Made by a program: the position numbers and the translations under genes. Source: Candidatus Enterousia sp. (GTDB taxonomy: Bacteria > Pseudomonadota > Alphaproteobacteria > Rs-D84). From it: a stretch of DNA of 49,973 nucleotides. How positions within the stretch are numbered: the first letter of the stretch is position 1; every line of letters begins with the position of its first letter. Shown one piece after another: positions 26,098-34,319 of this stretch. The notes under the pieces are model-generated. The model searched no databases and was not told the origin of the DNA. It worked only from the letters and a program-made list of their open reading frames with translations. Location: the NCBI GenBank assembly GCA_045539815.1, contig JAZQGC010000033.1, forward strand, positions 1 through 49,973, given 5' to 3'.

Positions 26098-28482
26098 ATG
26101 AGTAAATTAAGCCAACAGATTTCTGAACTGAAAAACAATACGCCAAAACATATTCAATGGTTATTGATGGGGGCGGCATTTATTGTCGTGCTGATTTTGA
26201 TGACGATTTTATTGTCAGGCAATAATGAAGATTCTGCGGAATTGATTGATATGAAATCAGACACAACAAAATTACTTATTAAACCAGATGCAATAAACTG
26301 GGCCGACAGTGTCGTTGGACAAAAGAAAAACGAAACAATAACAATTGCTGCCAGCGCGCCCGTCAATGTTATTGCGGTCGAACGCGATAAAGATGTCACG
26401 GGACTGGAAGTAAAAAATACATGTACTGGTATGGGTGAAATCAACAAGACATTAACATGTAAAATAACCGTATCTTTTGTCCCAACCGTCGCAATCCCCG
26501 TAGAAACAACATTAATTTCTGTTACATGGCACGACGCAGACAAGACAGAAGAAATGAAACATTCTGATAAAATTGCACTGACGCTGGGGGCAACCCTGCC
26601 AAAACAAGAAGAAAAAAAATCAGAACCTGTTATAAAACCGGTCGAAAAGCCAGTTGAAAAGCCAGTTGAAAAACCCGCAGAAAAACCGGCTGTTGCAGAA
26701 ACTGTTCCAGAAGAAATAACTGTAAAAAAAGAAATCGTCCAAGAAGTGGAAACAATCGCACCCAGCATCGACTTTGAAGAACCAATAGAAGAAGATACTT
26801 ATACGCGACCACCTGAGGCATGTTCTGATTTCGCATTTGCGGGATATGATAAAAATGGCGTTCAAATCGGTTGGATAAAACCCCAGGCGGGCGCATATAA
26901 GTTCCACCCGTTCGCAGATAAAAACTGCAACAATCCAACCGGGATATATAACCCCGACACAGGAATTATAACAGACATAAAAAACAGCGGCAAAAAAATC
27001 GGCACCGATGCAGAACATATACAAATTGATATTATTTCAAATGGTGCATTGCCAGAATTATCAAACATGCCTGCAATAAAAACCGTAAACCGCGCCAGAC
27101 AGCTGGATTCAAGCGAATTGAAAAATGCACGAGGCATGGGGAAAGCAGGTGCTGATGGACAAAGTATTGTAAAACCCGCACCACCATCAGATGTACTGTT
27201 CGAATCATCAGGAACGGACACTGTTACAAACAGCGCCCCATATGACAGAACATTTATTTTACGTCAGTACAAGCCAATTCCTGCGACAATTGTGTCCGAT
27301 GTACGCGCCGATATGAAAACCCTGGAATTAGGTATACCAGTGCGCGCAACAGTGGACAGAAATGTCTATTCAGATAATGGACGCACCGTTGTTATACCAA
27401 CAGGAACACTGTTGTTGGGGTATGTTACCGGTGAAGTCCCAGGACCATACAAGGCAATCGGTCGCATGAATATACAATGGTATCAATTCATATTGCCAAA
27501 TGGTGTGGAATTTAATTTCCCTGCGGGGGGCAAAGATCCTTATTCAGGCGATTCACAAGGACGCATCGGTGTCCCAGGACGCGGCAGTACCGATTATATG
27601 GAACAATTCTTTATGCCTATGCTGACCGCAATGGTTCCTGCGGCTGTGAACCTGATTGCGCCAATCAGTGATGCATTTGTTAATCAGATTGATTTAGACA
27701 ATAATACGGTTGTACAAAGCGGTACAATGCGTTCTTCGGAATTGGCAAAAAATGAAATTATAACCGCATGGAACAGCGTTGCACAAAAACTGATGGTCGA
27801 TATGATGAACAACACTGTACCACCGTTTACTATTCCTGCGGGAACACGTATCACGGTTTATTCGCCGGTCGATTTGCAGGTTACATGTGGTGATAAAGGA
27901 TCTTCTGATAAAAAATGCGCGGTGGCAGCATATGATACAGGAAAACGGCGCAATATAACAGAAGCCGATATGGATTTAATACCCGCAGACGATGATTCTT
28001 GGATTGGACAGGCACGTTCGTTCGAAGCAGGTAAATTCTGTACAATGGACAACGACGGAATATATAGAGTAAAAGAAATCTGTGCAACAGAAAGCTGTGA
28101 TGGATATTCGTACAGTACATTAAAATTGTGGTGTGAATCAATGAACTATAAATCCAAAACAGAAATAAAACAAGAAGCCTATCACGAGAGCGAAAAGAAA
28201 AAGTATCAGGATACATATGGAACAAATGATTCCAAAACAACTGAACAACAGGCCGCATACGATGAAATGGTCGGTATAACATATGATGAAAATGGATATG
28301 TAGAAAACCCATTTCAAACAAATTCTGCAACAACAGAAAGTGCCGGCGGTTTAACATGCGAAGATGGTACACCACCAGATGCAAACGGATGTTGCACCGG
28401 TGAAATATACACCGATATGGGCGACCAAGGATTTAATTGTTGTCCATCATCTGGGGGCGATTGTTTCCCACCCCTGATATAA
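26098..28482 (+). CDS. virB10: VirB10/TrbI-like T4SS protein with extra N-terminal beta-sandwich module and Cys-rich C-terminal extension
   Basis: 794 aa. TM (WLLMGAAFIVVLILMTILL) and a Pro-rich (KPVE)n linker. TrbI core about 27244-27885: IPATIVSDVRADMKTLELGIPVRATVDRNVYSDNGRTVVIPTGTLLLGYV...IGRMNIQWYQFILPNGVEF...FTIPAGTRITVYSPVDL. Confidence 0.8.
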   Translation: MSKLSQQISELKNNTPKHIQWLLMGAAFIVVLILMTILLSGNNEDSAELIDMKSDTTKLLIKPDAINWADSVVGQKKNETITIAASAPVNVIAVERDKDVTGLEVKNTCTGMGEINKTLTCKITVSFVPTVAIPVETTLISVTWHDADKTEEMKHSDKIALTLGATLPKQEEKKSEPVIKPVEKPVEKPVEKPAEKPAVAETVPEEITVKKEIVQEVETIAPSIDFEEPIEEDTYTRPPEACSDFAFAGYDKNGVQIGWIKPQAGAYKFHPFADKNCNNPTGIYNPDTGIITDIKNSGKKIGTDAEHIQIDIISNGALPELSNMPAIKTVNRARQLDSSELKNARGMGKAGADGQSIVKPAPPSDVLFESSGTDTVTNSAPYDRTFILRQYKPIPATIVSDVRADMKTLELGIPVRATVDRNVYSDNGRTVVIPTGTLLLGYVTGEVPGPYKAIGRMNIQWYQFILPNGVEFNFPAGGKDPYSGDSQGRIGVPGRGSTDYMEQFFMPMLTAMVPAAVNLIAPISDAFVNQIDLDNNTVVQSGTMRSSELAKNEIITAWNSVAQKLMVDMMNNTVPPFTIPAGTRITVYSPVDLQVTCGDKGSSDKKCAVAAYDTGKRRNITEADMDLIPADDDSWIGQARSFEAGKFCTMDNDGIYRVKEICATESCDGYSYSTLKLWCESMNYKSKTEIKQEAYHESEKKKYQDTYGTNDSKTTEQQAAYDEMVGITYDENGYVENPFQTNSATTESAGGLTCEDGTPPDANGCCTGEIYTDMGDQGFNCCPSSGGDCFPPLI
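26635..26688 (+). repeat. In-frame 12-nt tandem repeat encoding (KPVE)3-KPAE-KP in the VirB10-like protein
   Basis: aaaccggtcgaa aagccagttgaa aagccagttgaa aaacccgcagaa aaaccg. This is the proline-rich linker typical of VirB10 proteins. Confidence 0.85.
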
Positions 28483-28487
28483 AAAAC

Positions 28488-28513
28488 AAAACCCACCAAT
28501 TGGTGGGTTTATT
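28488..28513 (+). terminator. First terminator after virB10-like gene
   Basis: aaacccacca / tggtgggttt palindrome (28489-28510), 7 nt after the stop. The T tract is weak (tttatt). Confidence 0.6.
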
Positions 28514-28576
28514 ACTTGAAAAAATAACAACAAGGATTATATAAAAAACAACCAAGAAAAACTGTCTGATATTTTT

Positions 28577-28602
28577 GTGCGCAATATTTGCGCACTTTTT
28601 TT
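28577..28602 (+). terminator. Second, strong intrinsic terminator
   Basis: gtgcgcaa (28577-28584) tat ttgcgcac (28588-28595), followed by 7 T (28596-28602). Confidence 0.75.
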
Positions 28603-28633
28603 ATTAGATAGTTGATATATACAACAAAAAAGC

Positions 28634-28687
28634 GATTCGTAAAACAAAACATAAATCACGAATCCGAATCAGTTTTCTGATTCGTAA
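28634..28687. promoter_or_regulatory. Nested GATTCG/CGAATC repeats upstream of the 113-aa orphan ORF (candidate operator)
   Basis: gattcgtaa at 28634-28642 and at 28679-28687. cacgaatc at 28657-28664. Hairpin cgaatcag-tttt-ctgattcg at 28665-28684. Confidence 0.35.
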
Positions 28688-28773
28688 TTCAACCATCGGT
28701 TGTAATGTTTTGAAGGAATCTTTTCTTAGTTTATATATCTTTAACGAACAAAAAACCAAAGGAGAAAGAAAAA

Positions 28774-29115
28774 ATGACAGCAGTATCACAAATCATATCA
28801 GCAGAAAAATTTCAATCCGCAGAACAAATATGGTTTTGGTTTCTGTATTCTAAATCTGTACGAAATGAATTTTCCAGATTTCACAACAATCAAACACGCA
28901 GACCGTGTGAAGTGCTGGACGTGGAAACAATGATAACAAAATTGTATCTGGCCGGAAAACTGAGTGACGAACAATTAAATGTCATGAAAAAATTTGGCGA
29001 CCGCAGACGCGCACCAAATCAATATATATGGGCGGAAAATCGCGCGGCAGACCTGTGGCGGCGCGCAATGGATACTGTGTATGTCGCCGCAAAAAAAAGC
29101 GGGTGGATTGACTGA
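28774..29115 (+). CDS. Hypothetical protein, 113 aa, Trp/Arg-rich, no family recognised
   Basis: Excellent SD (aaaggagaaag) 7 nt upstream of the ATG. No signal peptide or TM. A possible HTH-like stretch is KLSDEQLNVMKKFG. Family not recognised. Confidence 0.6.
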   Translation: MTAVSQIISAEKFQSAEQIWFWFLYSKSVRNEFSRFHNNQTRRPCEVLDVETMITKLYLAGKLSDEQLNVMKKFGDRRRAPNQYIWAENRAADLWRRAMDTVYVAAKKSGWID

Positions 29116-29174
29116 ATAAAAAACATACTGTATCGGGGGAACATGTCCCCCATATAAAAAAACAGGAACAGATT

Positions 29175-29519
29175 ATGATAATAATAGCATTCGCACCAAA
29201 AACATCAAAAAAAATACCTCAAATTATTTGCACCAGATTTAAACATGTTGCACCAATTATTTTAAATAATAAAAAAATGAGCTTATTACAATTTGCAGGT
29301 AAACATAATATACAACATATAAACCTGAAAATGAGAGATATCAAAATACTGAAAAAACACGGATGGAAATTTATATTTACCAGCAATAATATACCACAAA
29401 ATTTTATCCCTGACCGGGCGTGGTCTTGTGTCGATTTGACAAAACGCGCATTGAATATAAAAAATATATTTATACAAACACCAAATGCACTGTATAAATA
29501 CCTGATACAAAACAAATAA
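29175..29519 (+). CDS. Hypothetical protein, 114 aa, very AT-rich gene; weak resemblance to permuted papain-fold (YiiX/NlpC-P60-like) His...Cys proteins
   Basis: SD-like acaggaaca upstream. FKHVAPII and WSCVDLTKRAL resemble the H and C motifs of that fold. The resemblance is weak and was judged by eye only. Visibly lower GC than its neighbours. Confidence 0.45.
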   Translation: MIIIAFAPKTSKKIPQIICTRFKHVAPIILNNKKMSLLQFAGKHNIQHINLKMRDIKILKKHGWKFIFTSNNIPQNFIPDRAWSCVDLTKRALNIKNIFIQTPNALYKYLIQNK

Positions 29520-29520
29520 A

Positions 29521-29546
29521 AAATCCCCAAATGGGGACTTTTTATT
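29521..29546. terminator. Bidirectional hairpin between the 114-aa ORF and yidC
   Basis: aaatcccc aaat ggggactttttat. It overlaps the yidC stop (29542-29544). Confidence 0.55.
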
Positions 29547-31107
29547 TGTTGTTGCGTTTTATCATTTCCATCTGGATAATTCCAAATATATTAGAAACAG
29601 TCCAATACAAAACCAATCCAGCAGGCATCCATGCAAACATTATCGTAAATAATATTGGCATCCAACGCATCATTTGCTGGGTACGCGCAATCGCATCGTT
29701 TGCGTTTGACGATGACTTTGATTGCGATGTCTGCAAACGCTGTTGCAACCACATCGTTATACCCATCATTATCGGCAGAATAAAGTACGGATCCATCGCC
29801 GATAAATCAGATATCCACAAGAAATGTGCACTGCGCATTTGAACCGATACCAATAATGCCTTGTACAATGCAAAGAATATTGGAATCTGAATCAACATTG
29901 GCAAGCAACCAGACATTGGTGAAGTCTTGTGCGTTTGATATAATTTCATCATCTCCATTTGCAGACGCATTTTGTCATTAGCATACAATTTCTGGATACG
30001 TTGCATTTCTGGTTGCATCTTTTGCATCGCAGCCATTGATACATATGACTTGCGCGTTAATGGCCACATCAATAAACGCAATAAAATTGTCATTATGATT
30101 ATCGCAACACCATAATTCATTACCAAAGAATTAATAGCATTCAACAACCATAACATTGGACGCGCCAAGAACCAGAACCAACCATAATCAATCGTTTCCG
30201 CAATACCTGATATGTGTTGCTGGGCCGCGTTTAATACAGACTGATCACGTGGACCAACAAACAATCGGGTTACGATTGTTTCTGTTTGATGCGACGGAAC
30301 AACAACCGCAGATACCGCCGTATCAGAAATATATGTATCACCAGTCTTTTTAATGCGAATTGTTTGGTCCGGGCGTTCAACAGACGCAACCGTTTCCCAA
30401 TACTGGTCCGCAAAGCCAGCAAAACCGTATGTTGTTGAATAAGCATATGATTGCTTGTCCAATTTATTCCATGGAATATTTTCCAGGTCAGAATTTACAT
30501 ATGATATTGCGCCCGTTTCAACACCAGAACTGGATGCCATGTCGTTGTCGCGAACAATGCGAACATATGGCGCCAATGTAATATCACGCCCCGATTTATT
30601 ATTGATGGTTTCTGTAATCGTAATTATATAATCTGATACAGATATGTTACGCGTAAATTCAACCCCGGAATCGTTGCGCCAAACATATGCCCCGCCCTGA
30701 TTCTGCCATACAGTTGTCGCCACAGGAACCGCAGTACCGTTTGATAACAAACCAATTTCAACATAATTATTATCTGCGCCAAATAATGTAACCTGTTGGG
30801 ATGAATCACCAGAGACAGTATAATCAGACAACTGAACATCGGAAATTCTTAAACCTTGGACAGATGCAGTTATTTTATCTGACGACACAGACCCTACCGG
30901 AACAGACGAGATGTCCACACTGGGAATATTTTCAACAATATCTGTTGTTGTTTGTTTTGGCGACATTATCGCACCAATTGCCCACCATGCCGCAAGAAAT
31001 AAAATACACCACCATAAAAAACCAGAAAAACCAGATTGCTTGGCCGTGGCGTTCCTGTTGGCGTTCCACTGATTAAACCCAGAATTGTTATCCAAATACT
31101 TTACCAT
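29542..31107 (-). CDS. yidC: Membrane protein insertase YidC
   Basis: 521 aa. N-terminal TM, a large periplasmic domain, and a conserved C-terminal core (MQKMQPEMQRIQKLYANDKMRLQMEMMKLYQTHKTSPMSGCLPMLIQIPIFFALYKAL). Confidence 0.95.
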   Translation of the reverse strand: MVKYLDNNSGFNQWNANRNATAKQSGFSGFLWWCILFLAAWWAIGAIMSPKQTTTDIVENIPSVDISSVPVGSVSSDKITASVQGLRISDVQLSDYTVSGDSSQQVTLFGADNNYVEIGLLSNGTAVPVATTVWQNQGGAYVWRNDSGVEFTRNISVSDYIITITETINNKSGRDITLAPYVRIVRDNDMASSSGVETGAISYVNSDLENIPWNKLDKQSYAYSTTYGFAGFADQYWETVASVERPDQTIRIKKTGDTYISDTAVSAVVVPSHQTETIVTRLFVGPRDQSVLNAAQQHISGIAETIDYGWFWFLARPMLWLLNAINSLVMNYGVAIIIMTILLRLLMWPLTRKSYVSMAAMQKMQPEMQRIQKLYANDKMRLQMEMMKLYQTHKTSPMSGCLPMLIQIPIFFALYKALLVSVQMRSAHFLWISDLSAMDPYFILPIMMGITMWLQQRLQTSQSKSSSNANDAIARTQQMMRWMPILFTIMFAWMPAGLVLYWTVSNIFGIIQMEMIKRNNK

Positions 31108-31109
31108 AA

Positions 31110-31646
31110 TTATTTTTCACCCTTGGTTGATTGTAAACACTTTTGACGCGCGATATAGACCGATAATAAATACAAGCCAACACCAACAACAATGCAAATG
31201 TCTGCGATATTAAACGCAGGCCAACGCAATGCGCCAATATGAAAATCCAGAAAATCTATTACCGCACCAAAACGAATACGATCAATCAAATTCCCCAACG
31301 CGCCACCAACAATTAATGCCAGGGGTAAACGCTCGTACCCGTGGGAACGCGCAAATAAATAATACATAATTGCCACAATAACAGCACCCGTAACGATAAT
31401 CATAATCAATGGTGCCGCTTCGCCCAATGTGCGGAACAATGAAAATGATGCGCCCGGATTCCAGGTAAAGACAATATTAAACCAATCAAAAACATGCGCC
31501 ATTAAATACGGCACAGGAACAACAGACCATGCGTCACCATACAATGGAAGGCCACCTGTAATTAAATATAACAAAATCCCCTTGGATATTTGATCCAAAA
31601 ATATCACACCGATAATAATCGATATAACAGATAAAAATTTTTTCAT
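31110..31646 (-). CDS. lspA: Lipoprotein signal peptidase (signal peptidase II)
   Basis: ORF 31110-31706. The likely start is the ATG at 31646 (MKKFLSVISIIIGVIFLDQISK), with the SD aaaggaagg. Motifs: NPGASFS, FNIADICIVVG. Confidence 0.9.
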   Translation of the reverse strand: MKKFLSVISIIIGVIFLDQISKGILLYLITGGLPLYGDAWSVVPVPYLMAHVFDWFNIVFTWNPGASFSLFRTLGEAAPLIMIIVTGAVIVAIMYYLFARSHGYERLPLALIVGGALGNLIDRIRFGAVIDFLDFHIGALRWPAFNIADICIVVGVGLYLLSVYIARQKCLQSTKGEK

Positions 31647-31704
31647 GTATCCTTCCTTTGAAAATTTATACGCATGAAATATAACAACATACTGCAACAA
31701 ATGC

Positions 31705-31733
31705 AAATAAAATGTCCCTGATAATTCAGGGAC
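31705..31733 (-). terminator. Intrinsic terminator after the CPA2 antiporter gene
   Basis: gtccctga (31714-31721) taat tcagggac (31726-31733). Minus-strand T-rich tract at 31705-31713. Confidence 0.7.
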
Positions 31734-31739
31734 TTTGTA

Positions 31740-33449
31740 TCAATCTTGCTTGTCCGATATAACGCTGGACAAGGCAGAATAATCATCGGCACGCATATCA
31801 CACAACAAGTCTTCGATACGACGGTCCGATATACCCATATGGGACAATATGCTGTACCCCAAAAAGAACGAAGATTCAATCGTTTCAGGCATTGCAACAT
31901 CAACGCCATCTGACAACAAAATCTTGGAATCGGCCAAATTACGCGCACGCGCAAACACTTTGACACGCGGGGCAACAGACTTAATCGTCAATATTGCACG
32001 ATGCGCAGTTGTGGCATTATCCAACGCAACAACAACCCCAGATATACTGCGTGGCTTTAAACCAAATTCCTGCAATACATCCGCGTTTGTCGCATCACCA
32101 TAAACAACATTAAATCCACGTTCGCGCCCCATCATTACAGCACTGACATCCAAATCAATCGCAATGTATGGAATAGATTGAGAATCTAGCATCTGACACA
32201 CAATTTGACCAACACGACCAAAACCACAAACAATCACAGATGGTTTTGGAACAGTAACACCAGCATCACGCACCGGGAAAAAGCGCGCCGGCAAAATCTT
32301 GCCAGTACGCTGTAAATAATCATACAGACACAATAACAGTGGCGTTGCCATAATAGATAACACAATTATTGCGGTTAATATTTCTTTGTGTGTGTATGGA
32401 ATCGCTTCTATACCACTGGAACGCATTGTTTGCAACATCAACAAGGCAAATTCACCGCCCTGGGCCAATAACAACGCAATCATTGTCGCATCTGGGGTGC
32501 GAACACCACGAACACGCGCAACCATGAAAATCGCACAGAATTTTATCGCAACCAAACCAACAAATCCCAATATTACAATATACCAGTTACTTAACAACAT
32601 TGGGATATTCAACCCCATACCCAACGATATAAAGAACAACGCCAGAAATAATATGGAATATGGTGCAACCTCGGACGCAATCTGATGACGATATACTGTT
32701 TCTGACATTAACATACCCGCCAAAAACGCGCCCAATCCAGACGGCAAACCCAACAAATCTAAGACAACTGCCCAGATAACAATATTCAACATAACTGCCA
32801 ATAAAAATACTTCTTTGGATTTCAATTTCGCAACATGACGCAATAATGGCGTCATAATAAAACGACCAATCAAAACAACAGATATTATCAAGGCAATCGA
32901 TATCACAATAACATCAATCGCAGCAACCCCCAGATTAAAAGTACGCCCCGCAAAAACAGGCAACATTGCCAACAATGGAATCGATAATAAATCTTGGAAT
33001 AACAATATTGAAAATGTCTGGCGCCCCATATCTGTATTCAATTGATGACGGTCTGTTAATAACTGTAAATCAGCAGATGTACTGGACATCGCCAACATCA
33101 ACGAAACCATTATGCACCCCATCATGGACCACTGGGTCAATCCAAACAACATTGGGAACAACATTACCGCAACCATTAAAACCTGGGCCGCACCAAAACC
33201 AAATATCGTGCGACGCAAATTCCATAAACGCTTTATATTTAATTCCAGACCAATATTAAACCACAAAAACAAAATGCCGATATCACCCAGAAATGACCAT
33301 GTTTCCGTTAACTGGAATAAATTAAAAACATGTTGACCAGATAATATCCCCGCCAATAAAAACGCAACCAGCGCACCAATCTTGAATCTGCGCAACAAAT
33401 AAACCAATGCGAATAACGCCGCAAAAAATATTAATATGGAAATTGACAT
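31740..33449 (-). CDS. CPA2-family monovalent cation/H+ antiporter with C-terminal TrkA-N (KTN) domain (KefB/KefC-like)
   Basis: 569 aa. About 12 TM segments, then a Rossmann motif VIVCGFGRVGQIVCQML...IAIDLD. Confidence 0.88.
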   Translation of the reverse strand: MSISILIFFAALFALVYLLRRFKIGALVAFLLAGILSGQHVFNLFQLTETWSFLGDIGILFLWFNIGLELNIKRLWNLRRTIFGFGAAQVLMVAVMLFPMLFGLTQWSMMGCIMVSLMLAMSSTSADLQLLTDRHQLNTDMGRQTFSILLFQDLLSIPLLAMLPVFAGRTFNLGVAAIDVIVISIALIISVVLIGRFIMTPLLRHVAKLKSKEVFLLAVMLNIVIWAVVLDLLGLPSGLGAFLAGMLMSETVYRHQIASEVAPYSILFLALFFISLGMGLNIPMLLSNWYIVILGFVGLVAIKFCAIFMVARVRGVRTPDATMIALLLAQGGEFALLMLQTMRSSGIEAIPYTHKEILTAIIVLSIMATPLLLCLYDYLQRTGKILPARFFPVRDAGVTVPKPSVIVCGFGRVGQIVCQMLDSQSIPYIAIDLDVSAVMMGRERGFNVVYGDATNADVLQEFGLKPRSISGVVVALDNATTAHRAILTIKSVAPRVKVFARARNLADSKILLSDGVDVAMPETIESSFFLGYSILSHMGISDRRIEDLLCDMRADDYSALSSVISDKQD

Positions 33450-33494
33450 CTGCCCCTCCCCCTTGCCGTGTCAAAATACATCGTTATGTTTTTA

Positions 33495-34319
33495 TTATAT
33501 CAAATTGCGCGCCAATAACGCAAATGTTTCAGGCGATAAATTTTCAGCACGTTCCGTACCCGTCAAACCATACGACGCCCAATCAACCCCAGGCATTATC
33601 GAACGTATCATTTTACGACGCTGGCCAAATAATTTTGCCGTAACTTGTTCCAATTTATTCAAATCTGTTATACGGGAAATTTTTTCTGCATTTGGTATTA
33701 TTTGAACAACAGCACTTTGCACCTTGGGACGCGGAACAAACGCGGTGTTTGGAACATCAAATAAAATTCGTGCGTCTGCAATCAATGAAGTCAACACCGC
33801 TAAACGACCATAATGTTCGTCACCAACACGGGCGGTTATGCGTAATGCAACCTCGCGCTGGAACATCAATGTCAAAGACGCAATCGGTTCACCGCGCACA
33901 ATTCGTTGCAACCAACCAATTAACAATTCTGTACCAACATTATACGGTAAATTTGCACATATCGCATAACGCGAAAATCCAAATTCTGCAAAATTAACCC
34001 GCAACGCGTCGTCATACACAACAGATAAACGACCGTCAGATGCAGCAATTATTTCAGATAAAATCGGGGCTGTTGTACAATCTTTTTCAATTGCGACGAC
34101 ACGTTTTGCACCCGCCAACAATATCGCACGCGTTAATCCGCCAGGACCGGGTCCAACCTCTATGACCGGGATGGATTCAATATCTGGAACACTGCGCGCA
34201 ATACGACCCGTTAAATTTAAATCAAATAAAAAATTCTGACCAAATTGCTTTTTAGGTTCCAAACCACAATCGCGCATCATTGCAGATACAGGTGGCAAAT
34301 TTAAAATCTTGTCCGTCAT
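33495..34319 (-). CDS. rsmA: 16S rRNA (adenine1518/1519-N6)-dimethyltransferase
   Basis: 274 aa. KKQFGQNFLFD, SAM motif VIEVGPGPGGLT, NLPYNVG. 4-nt overlap with the recR stop. Confidence 0.93.
   Translation of the reverse strand: MTDKILNLPPVSAMMRDCGLEPKKQFGQNFLFDLNLTGRIARSVPDIESIPVIEVGPGPGGLTRAILLAGAKRVVAIEKDCTTAPILSEIIAASDGRLSVVYDDALRVNFAEFGFSRYAICANLPYNVGTELLIGWLQRIVRGEPIASLTLMFQREVALRITARVGDEHYGRLAVLTSLIADARILFDVPNTAFVPRPKVQSAVVQIIPNAEKISRITDLNKLEQVTAKLFGQRRKMIRSIMPGVDWASYGLTGTERAENLSPETFALLARNLI

Noticed and set aside
23562-29541. T4SS-like segment as a classical tRNA-integrated genomic island at tRNA-Trp
   Set aside because: The segment lies on the 5' side of the minus-strand tRNA-Trp, whereas islands integrate at the tRNA 3' end. 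I found no integrase, no relaxase and no direct repeat of the tRNA 3' end. Apart from ORF 29175-29519, codon style looks like the rest of the window.
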